Shown piece by piece: positions 25,301 through 40,300 of a stretch of 64,000 nucleotides of DNA. Below the pieces are notes generated by a model. That model worked only from the letters and a program-made list of their open reading frames with translations, did no database searches and had not been told where the DNA came from. The first letter of the stretch is position 1. Each line of letters starts with the position of its first letter. The DNA comes from Pelagomonas calceolata. Taxonomy: Eukaryota. The translations under genes and the position numbers were made by a program. Location: contig CAKKNE010000002.1 of NCBI GenBank assembly GCA_918797485.1, forward strand, positions 5,332,001-5,396,000, given 5' to 3'.

Positions 25301-28300
25301 CATTAGTATCGCATTACCGCCTCATCGGCGCGAGGTGCAGCGTTTCGTGATGAATGATATAAGACGGGCCTACCTGAGAGACGGCATGCGGTTCTGCCGA
25401 GAGCACGACTTCTCTGCCGAGTTCCCGGAGACCCTCACGAAGCGGTGCTCGACGGAATTTGGAGGAAGGGACCCTGCCGCAAGGCTCGGTGAAGCGTCTG
25501 TCCACGACTACTCCTACCGCTTGGTGTTCGGGCCCTACGCCACTCGCAGTTTGCCCATGGACTACGAGGCGTGGTTCCTTAAAGAATCATTGGAGGAATT
25601 GGTGCCGTTCCGGGACGGGGTGGAGGTCGTCGAAGACGGTGTTGATTGGGTGGTTACGTACCCTTATACGGCCGGGGACGTGCCCGCGCCGCTCACGGAA
25701 GCGTCTGCTGCGTTGAACTTTTTAAATGGTTCCAATGTGACTGTACAAGTGGAGGAAGTCGTGCGGGGTATTGCGCCTCCCACGTATCGGTTGGAGGTCG
25801 AAGGTAGTATAGGTGGCGGGTATACTCTTGACGTGTTAGGAGATGAAACAGTGTTTATTCCGTACGACGCGACGGCCAACGAAGTGCGTGCGGCGGTCAA
25901 TGCTGTGCTGGACAATGAGCTCTACGGCTGGACCGAGGTGAGGGAACGGGCCGCATTGTATGGCAACCATCCCCTGACAAGAGCCTGGGACGCCTACGCG
26001 GGCCACCGGGGTCGAACGTACGATATTAGTTTTGTTGCTTGTTGTAGGTCGGCCTTTGGCGGGCATACGGTTTTGACTGTGGGGACCACGTCCCTCAAAG
26101 GTGTCAGTGCGACGGTGCGCGTCGTCTCCTCACAGAAGGGCGTGGAGACGCTGTCCGGTACTTATCAAGTCTCGACGGACGGCGGCCTGACCTACTCGGC
26201 TCCGGCGGATGTTGATGGTGGTGCTTCTGCCCTGGAGACGGCCATCGAAGAAGCCATCGGCCGCATGGCCGATCCCACGGCTTCGACGGACGCTACTGTA
26301 AGTGACGCCGGGAATTTACTGCGGGGCTGCGGCTATGCGTATGATGTGGAGTATCCCGCGGGCCGGGACTTCCCGCCCCTCCAATCTAATGTATCTTCGT
26401 TTGACTCGCCGGAGGCCTACTTGTCCGTAAATACGACTCAAGAAGGCTCGCAGTACGAGGTCTGGAGCGTCGCGCTCGATTCAGCTGCATCGGGCAAGTT
26501 CTTCCTGTCGTATGGGGACAAAGAAACCGAGGACCTGGCTGTGGGCATCTCCTCCACAGAGTTGTCGGACAAGATTTTGGATGGTCTCGAGCTGGCGACC
26601 ACGATCTCAAAAACTCAAAACGACTACCGCGTCACCTTCACCGATGCCCTTGAGGGAGGCGGCCTAGAACATGATTTGAGACTGGGCGGCCTCTCCAGTA
26701 GATTCACGTCGGGAAAGGAGACACTTACAGCTACTACTGCAAATTGTACCAAAATACGAAATGGACGGTGGAACCCCCTCTCCGGCACTTTACAGATAGC
26801 GATGGACGACAATCTGGATCAATTCATCACGATGCCCCACGACGCCACTTCTCAACATTTAGAACGACTCTTCTCATCAAAAGCGGACGTCTTCGGGCGG
26901 CCCTCCGTGTCACGGTCTCAAAATGGACCAGGGGCCTACACGTGGTCTATTACCTTCGTGGACTACGCTGGTACTCTTCCGTTACTCCAGCGCGTCGGAG
27001 GTACGACAGATACGTATGGTGACGCGTCCGTCTCGTACACGCGGTCGGCCGCGTCGGGCTCGGACTGCTGCCTGACGGGCAACGTGTCTCTGCTGTTGAG
27101 TGACGGTCTTGAGGAGAAGTGGCTGCGCGACGTGCCCTCGTCAATATCTGAGGGGGACCTGCAGGATTTAGTTGATGTGGCCTTTGGGGACGCCGCGCAT
27201 GTGAACAGTACGAACGTGTCCCGTCATCTACCGTACGAGCCATCACTCAAAGTACGGGTCGAGCAACGGGTCTCAGGTGCGGCGACGTGGCGCTTCTCTC
27301 GCACGTACACGTCTCCGAACGGCGGCTGGGGCAACGCCTCTGTCGTTAGAAGTGTGCAAGGGTCGCTGTCGCTTGGTACTATACTAAAGAGGAAGGGGGC
27401 TCAATTTTCATACAATGCGGTAGAGGACGGCGCCCAGCCGGAGGTGCAGCGTATTAGATTTACCTCATTGGGACCGCCGGGCGGCCACTGGCGGTTACGG
27501 CACGAAGGTGTTAACACCGCCCCTATGAAGGTCGACGCGAGCGCGGACGAGGTGCGCGCGGCCCTGGAGGCGGCCCTGTTTACGTCTGTTGAAGTGTCTC
27601 GCAGTTTCTATAGTAGTGGCCACGAGTTCCTCGTGACCTTCGTCGCCGAGCCCGGGGACGTCCCTTCGCTGGAATGCGACGTGGCCGAGAGTACGGGTCC
27701 GACGCCCTTCTGCCGGGTCGACGAGGTTGTGCAAGCGACCTCGGTCGTGTCAGGTGGCGCGTTCCGGCTGCTCTTTGGGGGCAAGCTCACGGAACCGCTA
27801 TCATCAACAGCTTCATCCCTACAAATCCAGCAGGCCCTGGAGAAATTACCATCAATAGGTAGAGTAAACGTCTCCGACGCGCCGCTCATCGTGGGCCATC
27901 CACTGTCGGAACAACGCGCTTCACAAGGGACGAGCGGCCCCGGCGGCCGGGCGTGGCGCGTCGAATTTAACGACCACAAGTACAAGGGCTCCACCGTTCT
28001 GCATGAAGGCGACCAGCCTTTATTGCAACTATCATACAACGAGACCTCATTGACGGGCACGCGAGCCGACGCGATCGTGTTTGAAGTAAAACGCGGGTCG
28101 CGGCCCGGTGGCACTTTTAAGGTAAGGCGCCACTTCGGCGGCTGGTCGCAGGCTTTGGACTACGGCGCGTCGGAGGAGGAGTTACGCTATGCGCTCGAAG
28201 CTTTAGATGGAAGGCCCAAGATACCTTCGATAGAATCCGGGCCGACGACGGACGGCTACCTGACGTATACCGACCCTCTGTGTGGTGATATTGCTGTCAC

Positions 28301-31300
28301 ACGTACAGACTATGCTGATTCAATGAGTGAAGGGTACCGGTACGTCGTAACGTTCCCGGAATGCGACGGCGACGCGCCGCGACTTTATGGAGACGCTACG
28401 CAACTAAATGATGCTTCTGTCAGAATACGCGAGACGCGGAAGGGCGCGCCCTCCTCCAAAGCCGCGGGCCAGTTCACAATTTCATATCAAGGCGCGACGA
28501 CGCCCGGGCTCCAGATCGGCGCGCCGATCGAAGAGAGTCTAGAAAAGTTACCGACGGTCGGCGACGTCGTCGTCTCCACGCACGAAGACGTGGATCAGGT
28601 GAGCTACGTCGTCACCTTCACGTCGCTCGGCAATCCTACAAATCTTGGAGATTTACCTCTGTTGCAAGCGACGCATTTGCAGATGGGCGACGCCGCTCGT
28701 GTGAGTGTCCGCAAAATTAGTACAGGGTGCTGCGACGTCTCCCTATCGTTCAACGGCCAGGATTGGCACGCGAAGCAAGGCTTGGCCCACGGCCGCGATG
28801 GCATGGGTCAAGTGGTCTCGTTGCATCCGGCGAGCGGTCCTACGAGAGGCGGCACGGTCGTGACCGTGACGATTGCTGGTGGTCTGCTCCCTCCCTCAGA
28901 TCTGCTCTGGTGCGTCTTCGGCGGCGCCCGGTCGCGCGCGACGCGTATTGATACACAAAGATGCACCTGCCTCTCACCGGCCTTTGCGGCGGGTAGTGTA
29001 GCTGTCGAAGTGTCAGCCCATTCGCTCGAGGCTAGTGCGACCATTGCACGAGCGGGCCCGGCGTCATTCAGGTACCATGCCGAGGAGGCCGTCTCGCACA
29101 CGACTCCCACACTCATCGATTCGAGACAAGGCGGTCCGATCCACGTCTACGGGACGTTTACTGAAGAGAACGACAAGAGAAGCTGCCGCTTCGACGTCGA
29201 GGCGCCGCCGGCGGTCCACAAGCTGCCCGAGCGCTTCGTTTCCAGAACGACAAAGGCCTACGCTCTCAATGCATCGACAGTGGCCTGTAAAGCGCCGCCC
29301 CTGTCAGCTTTTGATGTTGAGGACGCGTCCGTCGTTAGAGCTCGAGTGTATGTATTAGAGAACGGCGTCGACCCGTCCCGGAGCTCCGCGACGCTCTGGT
29401 ACGCGCGGGCACCGAGAGCGTTGACGGTCCATCCGTCGAGCGGTCCGCGATCCGGCGGCTCTTCTGTCAGAATAACGACGGACTGGAACGAGACGGAGTG
29501 GGCCGCGGCTAGAGCCGCCGGCGCGTTGGAGGATGCGGTCTGCGACTTTGGAGGGACACTGGTACCGGCGTCGTACGCGTCGCGGGACATTCTCGAGTGT
29601 ACTGCGCCGTCCCTCGAACCGAAGCGCGCGCTGCACACCGTCGAGGTGTCGTCGGCCGCCATTACCTCTTCCGTCCAAGAGGTTGAAGTTCGGTTGAACA
29701 GCGCGGGCGCGGCGTCCGGTTCGTTTACGTTGATGCTCGAGGGCCATGTTTCTGCATCTATTCCTATTAATGCTTCAAACATGGAAGTGCAACAAGCACT
29801 CAACGCGTTGCCGTCCGTCGGCTTCGTCACGGTCCTGTCGAACGCGAGTGTAGTGGTCGAAGGCGGGAGCAGCTGGTCCATTAAGACCTATCGCATCGCC
29901 TTCCGCACGCGCGAAGGGCCGACGCCGACTTTGGTCGTGGACGATTCAGAGTTAGTAGCTGGGAGCGTGGGCGACGCCGTCAGAGCCTACGTTGTACAGA
30001 GAGGCACGACCGGCGAATCGGTTGCTGATCAACAGACCATTCGCATCAGGCAGCCCGTGCCCTCTCCCGAGGTGCAGCGCATCTCCCTGGAAGCGAAGCG
30101 CAGCTTCGGCAACGAGCGCCAGCGGATTTACTTTGACGAAGACGCGCCAATTTCAGATACGTGGACAATCACTTATGCCAGTCAAACTACCGGTGATTTG
30201 ACTTGGGACGCGTCGGAAGATGAAGTGCGTCAACAACTCGAATTACTGAGAGGCGTCGGCCGCGTCGACGTTACAAGAATGCCGGCGGGCACGCGCGGCT
30301 TTGCTTGGACGGTCGAATTTTTGGACGAAGAGGCGTCGTACCACGCGGGTCTGGAGGAGGTGACGGACGCACCGACCTATGAAACGGCCGCGCCCGTGGC
30401 GACGCCGTCGCAGCAACCGACCATATCAGGGAGGACGGACTTTCGGAGGCCGTTATTAACTGTAGCCTCATCAGCTACGGTGGTGGTGAAGAGGGTAAGA
30501 CCTCGAGTGTCCGCGCCGGACGGCCAGTTCTGGCTCAGTCTAGCTGGATATCGTGGGAGAGCCGGTCCTCTCCATGCAGAAGCCTCATCAGATGATGTCG
30601 AGGCGGCGATTTACGACGCGTTCGGGATTACTGTCACTAGTAAAACGACGCAGGAGCCGAGAGGCTGGGCCTGGACCCTGGCGTTCCCCTCTGTTTTAGG
30701 TGACGTGCCTTTATTAACAGTTAATGAGAACTGGTACCATCTCGCGAACGTGACTGTTAGTGAAGTGAAGCCGGGCGTCAAGGCGCTGGACGGCGGACTA
30801 GTGCTGACAACGGGAACGAACACTTCTAGAACGTTACCATTAGCCGATTTGACGGCCTACAAGGTACGAAGAGCGCTCGAGGAGACACTATCTCTCACAA
30901 ACATGGTCGTCGTGCAACGGGACACGTATGAAGGGCCGTGCTCGAACTCTAGTGACACGTGTCGCGGCGTCGACTACCGCGTGACCTTCCCCGCGTCGCT
31001 AGGGGATGTCGACATTGTTAGAGCTTCTCTACAGGGCACTTCTCGAAGTTGCAGAGCGGACGCGTCGACAACACAAGTGGTCAACGGAACTTGGAGTTCA
31101 ATTGGGGGCACCTGGAACCTCACGGCGCCCGCTTCCCAATACCCGAGGCGGCACGTCGGCGGTCACGAAAGTCTGTCGGGGGAGACCGTCGACCTCCCGT
31201 GGAACGCCACCGCCGAAAGAGTCCGGAAAGCGTTAGTTGATATTGGCATAAGGGCGTCGGGCGTCGTGCGAGAAGCGCTAGATCCCCAGAAAGGCCGCGT

Positions 31301-34300
31301 CGGGTTTACGTGGCGGCTGTACTACGCCGATGCGGGAAAACGGTCGCTGTTGTCGTGTGGCGCACAATTGAGAGGAGCCGGGAGACGCTGCGTCGTGCAA
31401 GAATTAGTAAAGGGCGTCGGGCCCGACGTTATCATACGTGTGTCGCATAACGGCCGGGACTTTGTACAACCTGTCTCAGCTTTAGGCGATCCTAGGAATG
31501 TGACGTGCCCGCTCTTCCCCCCATACCTAGCGTGCGACTGCGCGTCGGACTGCGTCACTCCGCCGTCGCGTACATTTATCGTCAACGGGACTGTTTATGA
31601 GGTGAATCCGGAGACGCACCCCGCGGGCGAAGGCTTCGCGGATCTGGAGCGGGAAATACGACTGGGGGGACGGTGCGGCTGCCTGGAGGCGCAGGGCTGC
31701 TGTAATGATTATAAGGCGTCTGTCGTGAAACCGTTGACTTTTGCGTATCATGCTCCGATCGTCGTCGAGAAAGTGACACCTGGTCATGGCCCCGCGGCGG
31801 GCGGCACTTCCGTCGTTTTGAGGGTGGCGACGATGGCGCCGGTCTTCCGGAACTACTCCTTTGGGGACCGAGGCGTCATCGACCACGATCTGGGACCTGT
31901 GAGACTCGGTGGTAGTAATGGCATCTGGCGCGCGTATACCGATGATGCTTATGCGCATCTCGCCGATGACTTGGGTACGTACGGCGTGCCCGGTAGGGTA
32001 GAGGACCGCACGGACGTCTTCTGGTGGCCCGCGCTAACCGAAGGGCCACTGACGACTATCAATCAGGCAGCGTGCGTTTTTGGTGAGACTATATCTTCAG
32101 CATTAGACGTGCGCAGGAACGGCTCGGAGATTATTTGTCGGGCGCCGCCGGGTAAAGTCGGTAACGTGCCCGTTGCCGTATCTCTAAATGGAGGTGCGGA
32201 CAGATCGATCCCCTACGACGAGGCTTTCGTGTATGAAAAAGATTTGATGGAGCTCCTGAAGATCTCCCCGGCGGAAGGGCCAGAATCAGGTAATTCGAGG
32301 GTGACGCTCCAAACATCGCTACCCTTTGTGGTGAGAGGCGCGGCAAGAGACCAGTTCGCGTGTTTATTCGGTGATACACCTGTCAAAGCCGTCGACGCCA
32401 ACGCTACTCATATCACGTGTATATCACCGCCCGGTAAAGGCGCTGTTAGAGTAGCAGTATCCTCAAATAGCGGTGTAGATTTTGACAGCAAGACCGCAGC
32501 CCCATATGCGTATCGAGCGGACGCGTCCGTCCAGTCCCTGGAGCCGAGCTGGGGTCCGAGTGGCGGCGGCACGCGCGTTCGCGTGCGCGGTGCGTCTTTC
32601 GCGCGAGGGACTGATGTGAGGTGCCGCTTCGGTGATCAAGAATCTAGCGCAGAGTGGCACTCCGAGAACCTCGTGTCCTGCCCCGCGCCGCCACTGCCGC
32701 CGGAGATGGAGGTCCAAAGTGTCGCTGTGGTCTCGGCCGCACATATCCCGGAGGTGCAACAGGTTGAAACGAGTGCCGCGAATATGTCTAGAGAAGTGCA
32801 TACGATTGATATGTACTCTGTCGATGGTTTCGAACCAGTAGCCGAAGTTCAGAGAATAGAGTTGGAGTACAATAGAGCCGTGAAGGCGGAGATCCAGGAC
32901 GTAGAAATACGAGCGCATGCGGCCCAAGGACCCGCGTTAGTGGAAGTCAAGGTCGACACTCATAGTGAAGAGGGCCAGGTGCAACGATTGTCGGTGAGAG
33001 CGCCGTTTCGACGGGAGGTCCAACGGCTCATCATGGCGCCTCTACTAGGAGACAACCGTGATCCTTCATATGCTGCATTTTACGAGGTCCAGCAGCTCGA
33101 CGTGACGGGACGCGGCAATTTCACATTAACATTAAACGGGCGCACGACGCGACCTTTAAATGATGATATTAGTACAGTATTGTTATCCCGAGTGCTGCAC
33201 CAGGACCTGGGGCGGAACGTCCTCGTGGACGAACGCGCACCCAGAACAATGTGGCTCTCGTTCAACGAGACCGAGGGGAATACCGGCGAGATCCTAACGA
33301 CTGGATCAGCGACAATCACGACCATAGAACAGGGCGCCGTGCAAGAGGTCCAAGTGGTTACGGTGTCTGGTGCATCCGGAGGTACATTTAGGTTAGTGCA
33401 CGCCAACACGGCGTCGGAACCCATCCCGCACGATGCCTCTCCCACAGATTTGGAGGTGGCCATCGGCAAGTTACCGGGTCTAGGTCGGGTGAAGGTGCAA
33501 CGCGAGGAGACGAGCCAGTGGAGCGTGACCTTCGTGTCTCTGCCCGGCGACGTCGCGCCCTTGACGACGACGTCGTCACTCACCGGGGGCACGGTGTCCG
33601 TCGCGACGCGTCGAGATGGCACTAGTCGTGCTCTGGAGGGAAAAATAAAAGTAGCTTTTGGCGGGAGCGGCTGGGCGACGGTCCTCGCGAACGACACGGA
33701 GGCGGCCGTGAGTGCCACGCTGAACGGTCTGGGGATTGATGTTGATGTTGAGAGGGTGTTTTTGGTCGGAGGGGCGTCCTCTACCCTCATTACTTTTAGA
33801 GAACCGCGAGGCGACGTCCCGCCCATAAAAGTGAACGCTTCTGGTCTGGTGGGGACGGGCGCGATCGCGCGCGTCGACGAGGAGGTCAAAGGGAGCTGTT
33901 TATCCGGTTATTTCCGAGTATATAATGGGTCTCGTAGCACAGACCCGATCCCCTGGAACGCGTCTTCCGCTTATGTCCAGGCGGAGTTGATAAGAAGCGG
34001 AGTTGTCGATAATAGAACTGTGGTAGAAGATGCGCTTTATTCATATGAAGATCGCCAGCGGGGCCGGGTAGCTCCGATCGTCGGAGGCGAAGAGGTCTAC
34101 CAGAAGCTGGGCGTGGCCATTCATAATGGTGCGCACGAGACGTCGCTCGCAAATGAAGTGGAGGAGCGGGCCTGGGAGGTCTTCGTGCCCCACAGCACGG
34201 AACTGCTGGGAGTGAACGCCGAAGCTATTGGCGAGACCGACGAGCGGGCCGGCCATTCTCAACTCGTGAGAGCGGCGGCTTCATCGGAAGTCCAGGAGGT

Positions 34301-37300
34301 GTATACGCGGGCGAACTCGCCGCTCTACGGCTTTTTTAGGTTACGATTGTACGGCCAGTGGACTCGCGATCTAAGCCACGACGCGTCTCCATCTGCAGTG
34401 GAAGCTGCATTGGAAGCTCTAGGAGGTGTCGGCGACGTGTCCGTCCAGTCTGAACTCTTACCAGATGACCACTTCTCCCAGTACATACATAACTACGGCG
34501 AATTGTCAAGAGCCGTGAGTTGGGACGTCGCGTCTCGATACGCGACCACTACTCTAGGTGCTAGAACGTGGCGCATCACGTTTAACGACATCGTCGGAGA
34601 CGTCCCCCTGCTAGAGACGTGCTGCGACGCTTCTCAAGAGGGCGCCACGATCCAAGCGCGGGCGGGCCGCGACGCTATCGTAAGAGCCAGGGAAATACAT
34701 AAGGGCACCGGTCAGACAATGGAGGGCCATATCAGACTAGTAATAGATGGAAACGCGACGGCTTGGGCGTCGATCGGTGCGGACGCGTCGGAATTTGCGG
34801 CTAATCTCGAAGCTTCTATTTGGAATTTGACAAACACGACGGGCCCCTACGGCGCCGCCTCTGTCAGACCGATGCCTAACATGACCAACAAGGAGCGGCG
34901 CGTCGCCATTTCCTTCCACACGTGGAGAAAAGAGCCGTGGCGCCGACCCGATACCCTGATTGTGGAACGTAAATTAAGTGGTACGGCCGCGACGGCTTTC
35001 ATAAATGAAGGCTGGCCCGTGCCCGGCTTCGCTACGGAGCGGGGAGCGAAGTGGAACGCGACGGGCGGGTCGTTCCGGTTGCGGGTTCGGCTCACGGAGA
35101 ATTTACTCGGGGACCCGTCTCCTGTCAATGATGTGAAAATAAGAAACGCCTCTAGGTTTACACGCTTTATCGATGCCCACGCGCCTCCGTCGGAGGTCGA
35201 GGCGGCACTCAACGAAACGTTGTGGGACGTGAATATAAATGTATCAGTGTGGGAGCCGGACAACGCGACTCGAGTGAGACACGACTACCAGGACAATCGG
35301 ACGATCTACCGCGTCTCGTTACTGGGAGCCGGTCCGTTGCCCCTGTTACAGGCCGACGATAGCGACTGCTGGACCTTCGGGGACGACGAGCTTTTGAGGA
35401 GATACGACGCGGTCGAGCGAGCGGTGTGGCGCTCTGGCAGGGACGCCTACGCTACTCGTCAAGACATGAGGCGGCGTTCCATATGCCATGAAGGGTCCTT
35501 GACGGGGGTGAACCCCCGCGTCACCGTGACACGAATACAACCAGCGTCGGACGTCTCTGGACAGCTCCAACTCAAACTCCCTTCGTTTGGAGGGTTAACG
35601 GAAGGTGTGGCTACGGTAGCCATATCGCAGAACTCCACTGGTGCCGAAGTTGCGGAAGCTATACGATCAGCAGCGGTCATGAAAGATGAGATAAGCATGC
35701 GGCGTTTTATGTTAGATGCGTCAGAAGTGACGGCGGTCCTGCTGCCCCGCTACAAGGCGTCCTACGGCGCCGGTCGAGCCTGGGACGTGACCTTCCATCG
35801 ATTGAATTCGACGGGAGGCGTCGCTCGTACGGCAAGGGACGTTCCTGAATTAGTTATCGATCCGAGACTGGCCTCGAACTCGTCGACAAACGCGAAGTGG
35901 ACCGTATCTACAAGGCGCCAAGGGCAACAATCTTGTCAAGGTGATCAGGCCGGCGCCGCCTGGAATCTGGGGTATGGTGGCAATGTCGTGCGGTTGCTGC
36001 GGGCGACGTCGTCGGCAGACGACATTCTACGAGCGTTGCGCACGCTCAACGTGCCCGGTTCGACGCACCCCGACTTTTCGGTGACGAAGAGTCCGAGGTT
36101 AATACACGGCGGCGTCACCTGGACGATTACGCTCCCGTGGCAGTCGACGACCGCGGGACGACAATTGAGTGTGGAGCCCTGGAAGCCCCACTCCCTTTCA
36201 GATCTGCAGTGCGCCATGCGTTCAAGTCCAGTCGTGAACGCGACGTTTGGGTTGCGAGGCACGATTGGGTTGCAACTAGGAGACCACGCTTCGTCGGTAG
36301 CCTACGTCCCGGCGAACGCGACGGCCGCGGAGTTTGCCTCTGCTCTCCAAGAGGCGGGCAACATTAGTACGGTAAGGGTCTCCATGGACATCTTACAACC
36401 CAGTCCGCCGTTGGGTAATGATGCGAGGAGGTGGCGCGTCACGTTTACGTCCTTTGCGGACGCGGGCGACGTTCCCTTGTTAAACGTCGAGCACTTGCCG
36501 GACGGTACGCAAGCTCGTGTCAATGTGACGGAGGTCGTCAAGGGCCAGTCTGCTCCTGTCGCTAGGATAGACTTGGTGCGCGGTCCCTCTAAACAATTTA
36601 CGGCAACTTATAACACGGAGAGCGTCACGCTGTCTACAAACCTCACGGAAGACCAGTACAAGGTCGCGTTCCAGGACGCCTTCACGTCCCTTTCACCATT
36701 ACATCAATCTGTGAATGCACTGGGTACCACAAAAGCAAGGAATCCGGCTTACTTAGACGTGCAACGAGATAAAACGAAGCTCTACGTCTTGTTCGCCAAG
36801 GGCGACGCGTCTCTTTTAACGGTGACGGGCGATGCTTCCGTATCCGTGATAAGGCAAGCGTCTCAAATTCAAAACGAGCTCCGAGGCAATTTTACGTTAC
36901 AGTTCGGGCTTTCCTGTCAAACGGAGTCCGCCTCGACCATTTGCCAGCGGGCCATCACATCCCCATTAAGGATAGGAGCCAACGCGTCCGAGGTCGAGGC
37001 GGCGTTGGAGGCGTTACCTGAAGTTGTCGACGTCGAGGTCACGCGCGGATTAAGTAGAGGTTCGATCAATGGCGACGTCTACGCGGTCACATTTAGGGAG
37101 TTGAGATTGCATGCATCAAGGGATGCCGTGTCGGACGACCCGCGGACGTGGTCGCGCGAGTACTCTCGACTCTTATATGATCCTCAAGCATATACAAAAG
37201 ATGGCGGCTCGTCGCTACCGAAGCTTGTGGGTGCATTAAGAACGCCCTACGAAGGGGAGAGTGACATCATCACGCGCGTCGTGCGGGAAGGGAGAAGCCA

Positions 37301-40300
37301 CCGGAAGGGCGGCGTCGTCGCTGTCGAAGTCTCGACGAACGGCGCCGACTTTACGGCCAGTGGCAAGACCTACGCGTATGTAGCGTTGCCTACGGTATCT
37401 TCAATAAAGCCACCTCGGGGGCCCGCGAAGGGCCGCACGGAAGTACTTGTACAAGGTACGGGGTTCCTACGGAGTTCCTCGTTGACGTGTCGCTTCGGCG
37501 GTTTACACGACGGCGGGGAAGTCACCGCAGCCACGTGGTTCAACGACACGTGCATCATTTGCATCGCGCCACCATTACCGAAAGGGGCGCTGACGCGAGC
37601 GCATCGCAACGGCGACTCCGTGCGCGGTGCGGTGTCCGTACCGTTTTCGGTCTCGAATCATGGATTGCGCGGGAACTTTTCGACGTCCCTCGTCAATTTT
37701 GTGTACGACGCTCTTTTGGTAATTGAGGGGGCCTACCCTAGTTCAGGACCGGCGTCGGGCAACTTCTCGGTTGTTGTGAGGGTCTCGCCGCTACCTTCAA
37801 GTGATTTGTTGCGGTGCCGCTTCGGCGAGAGGATCGTCAATGCGACGCGGTTGGACGGAGGCACGGTGCGATGCATGGCTCCACGGAGCCCGCCGGGGCT
37901 CGTGCGACTCTCCGTTAGTACGAACGACCAGGACTACGTCCCGGAGCACCCCTTTGCGTTTTATGAAGATCCGGCCACGAATGACTTGCTACCGGTGAGC
38001 GGCCCGTCGGAGAGTGGCGGCACCGTCGTCACCGTGCGGGGCCGAGGCTTTAGGAACACGTCGCTACTCTCTTGTCGGTTTGGATACGAGGTCGTGCCCG
38101 CTACCTTCGTAGATAGGACGGAACTGAAGTGTAGGACTCCACCGTTAGAGAGGGCCGCGCCGGGCTTTGGCCTCGAGTGGTCCTCTTTGAGTAGCCAACA
38201 CCGGCGGCACCCGCACCCTGTCAGTGGTAGTACGAGACTGTTCCCGGGCGCGCACTGGTACCCGCACTACGCGCAGCGCTTGGTCAAGTTCGATATTTCC
38301 AATAATGGCCAGGACTTCTCCGATAGCGGACTGACCTTTTTATATCAAGCCCCCGCGACCGTCTCCACAGTAACACCGAAGCACTACGGCGTGTCTGTCG
38401 GCAACGATCAGATGCGACCGGGCCTCTTTATCACGGGCGCAAACTTCGTCAACAGTACGACGTTGCGCTGTCGGGTGGGCGAGGATGTCATAGAAGCGAC
38501 TTATTTACTACCTACGCTGGTTATGTGCTTTCCGCCGCCCGTCGAGGCCGGCACGGGGCCCAAACGGGTCGACGTCGCGAACAACGGCGTGGACTTCACG
38601 CTTTCTTCCCAAATGGTGTATCCGCATCCGATCTGCCCGCCCGGGTTTTATTGTCCCGGCGGCGATTACGCTCTGAGACATAAAGCGCCGCGCGGCGCCT
38701 ACGCGGTCATGGGGTCCCAGAACTGGACGGCGTGTCCTTCCGGGACCTACCAGCCTTTGTATGGGCAGCGGGAGTGCTTGCGGTGCCCCATCGGGTTCCA
38801 ATGTCCCGAGAGAGGTCTACCAGTACCTAGATTGTGCCCGGCGGGCTACGTCTGCGATGTGACGGGGACAGCTAGGGCGGACCAGCCCTGCCCGGCGGGC
38901 CACTTCTGCCTCGAGGGCACGGCGACGACCGCGACGACGTGCGGCCACGCGCGGCCGTCGTCGGCCCTGTTCCCGACGCGACTGCACGCCGAGCGGCACT
39001 CGACGGCGGGCACGGGCTTCGGAAGAGAAGATGAACGTCCTCAACTCAGCCTAGGCGCGCGAAACGCGGGCTGCTTCTCGAACAGAACAGATGATGTTGG
39101 ATTGCAACTCTCGTCGGTCCCGGGCCGCTTCTGGCAGGAGCGGCATTTGTTGCCTTTAGATGAAACGTCGCCGTTCAACCCCCATAGAGGAAGGTACTGT
39201 CTGGACGACGCGTGTCTGCGGCTCGAGGACGCCGACGACTTGTCGGTAGTCGACGCGCATTTCGACTACATCGCTTATGGCGCGAACCTACGACGGCCCG
39301 TGCCCTGCCCGCCGGGCCAGTACTGCCAGCCGGGCACGGCCGTATCCAGGGGCAACATGCGGAACTTCAGCGCGCCGCAGCCGTGCGCCGAGTCGATGTA
39401 CTGCCCGGAGGGGTCCGAAAGTCCGTCGGGCGTCGGGAGCTGCCCGCGCGGGCATTATTGCCCCTTCGGCGTGCGCCTGGCGTGTCCGGCTGGCGCCTTC
39501 TGCCCGCGAGATGGACTCAGTTCACCAATCGTCTGCGAGCCCGGCTTTTTTAATGGAATGGTCGGCCAAGTGAGGTGCACGGCGTGCCCGCGCGGCGCCA
39601 TCTGCCCGGGTTTTGGCAGGATCCAGCCGGCCATCTGCCCGCCGGGCTATGCTTGTTCTCGAGAGAGGTTAGCGGCTCCCAACATGCGCTGCCCGCGGGG
39701 CCACTACTGCCCGAACGGGACCGTGACGGCGGACCCGCAGCGCAATGATACCACTCTCAGACCCTACCCTTGTACCCCTGGTACGTACTGCCTCGCGGGA
39801 GTGGGCGACAAACGGGTCAAGAAAGGAGACTACGCCTACGCGCAGCCGTGCTTCCCCGGTTTTTATTGCGAGTCGGCCAGTGTCGACCCGAAGGGCAGCG
39901 GCGAGTGTCCTGCTGGGTTCTACTGCCCCGAAGGGACGGGGTTACCGATTCCCACGCCTCGAGGCTTCTACGCCGAAAGGAAGGGCACCGTGTCTCCCGC
40001 GAGGTGCCTCCCGGGCAAGTACGCCCCCACATTGCAGACCGAGGCCTGCAAGCCCTGCCCGCCGGGCACGGCCTGCGAGAATGATGGGATGGCCGTGGCC
40101 ACTATATGTAGTCCCGGATTCTATCGTAGTATCGAGTTCGACGACGACGGAAAAGAAGTGGATGGGTTGCCCTGCCGCGCCTGCCCGCAGGGGAGCTGGA
40201 GCAAGAACTGGGAGTTACGGGAAGTCGGGGAATGCAGCAAGTGTCCCACCGGAGTTGTGTGTAGTGTCGACGCGATGACCGTACCTTGTAATAGAGGCGA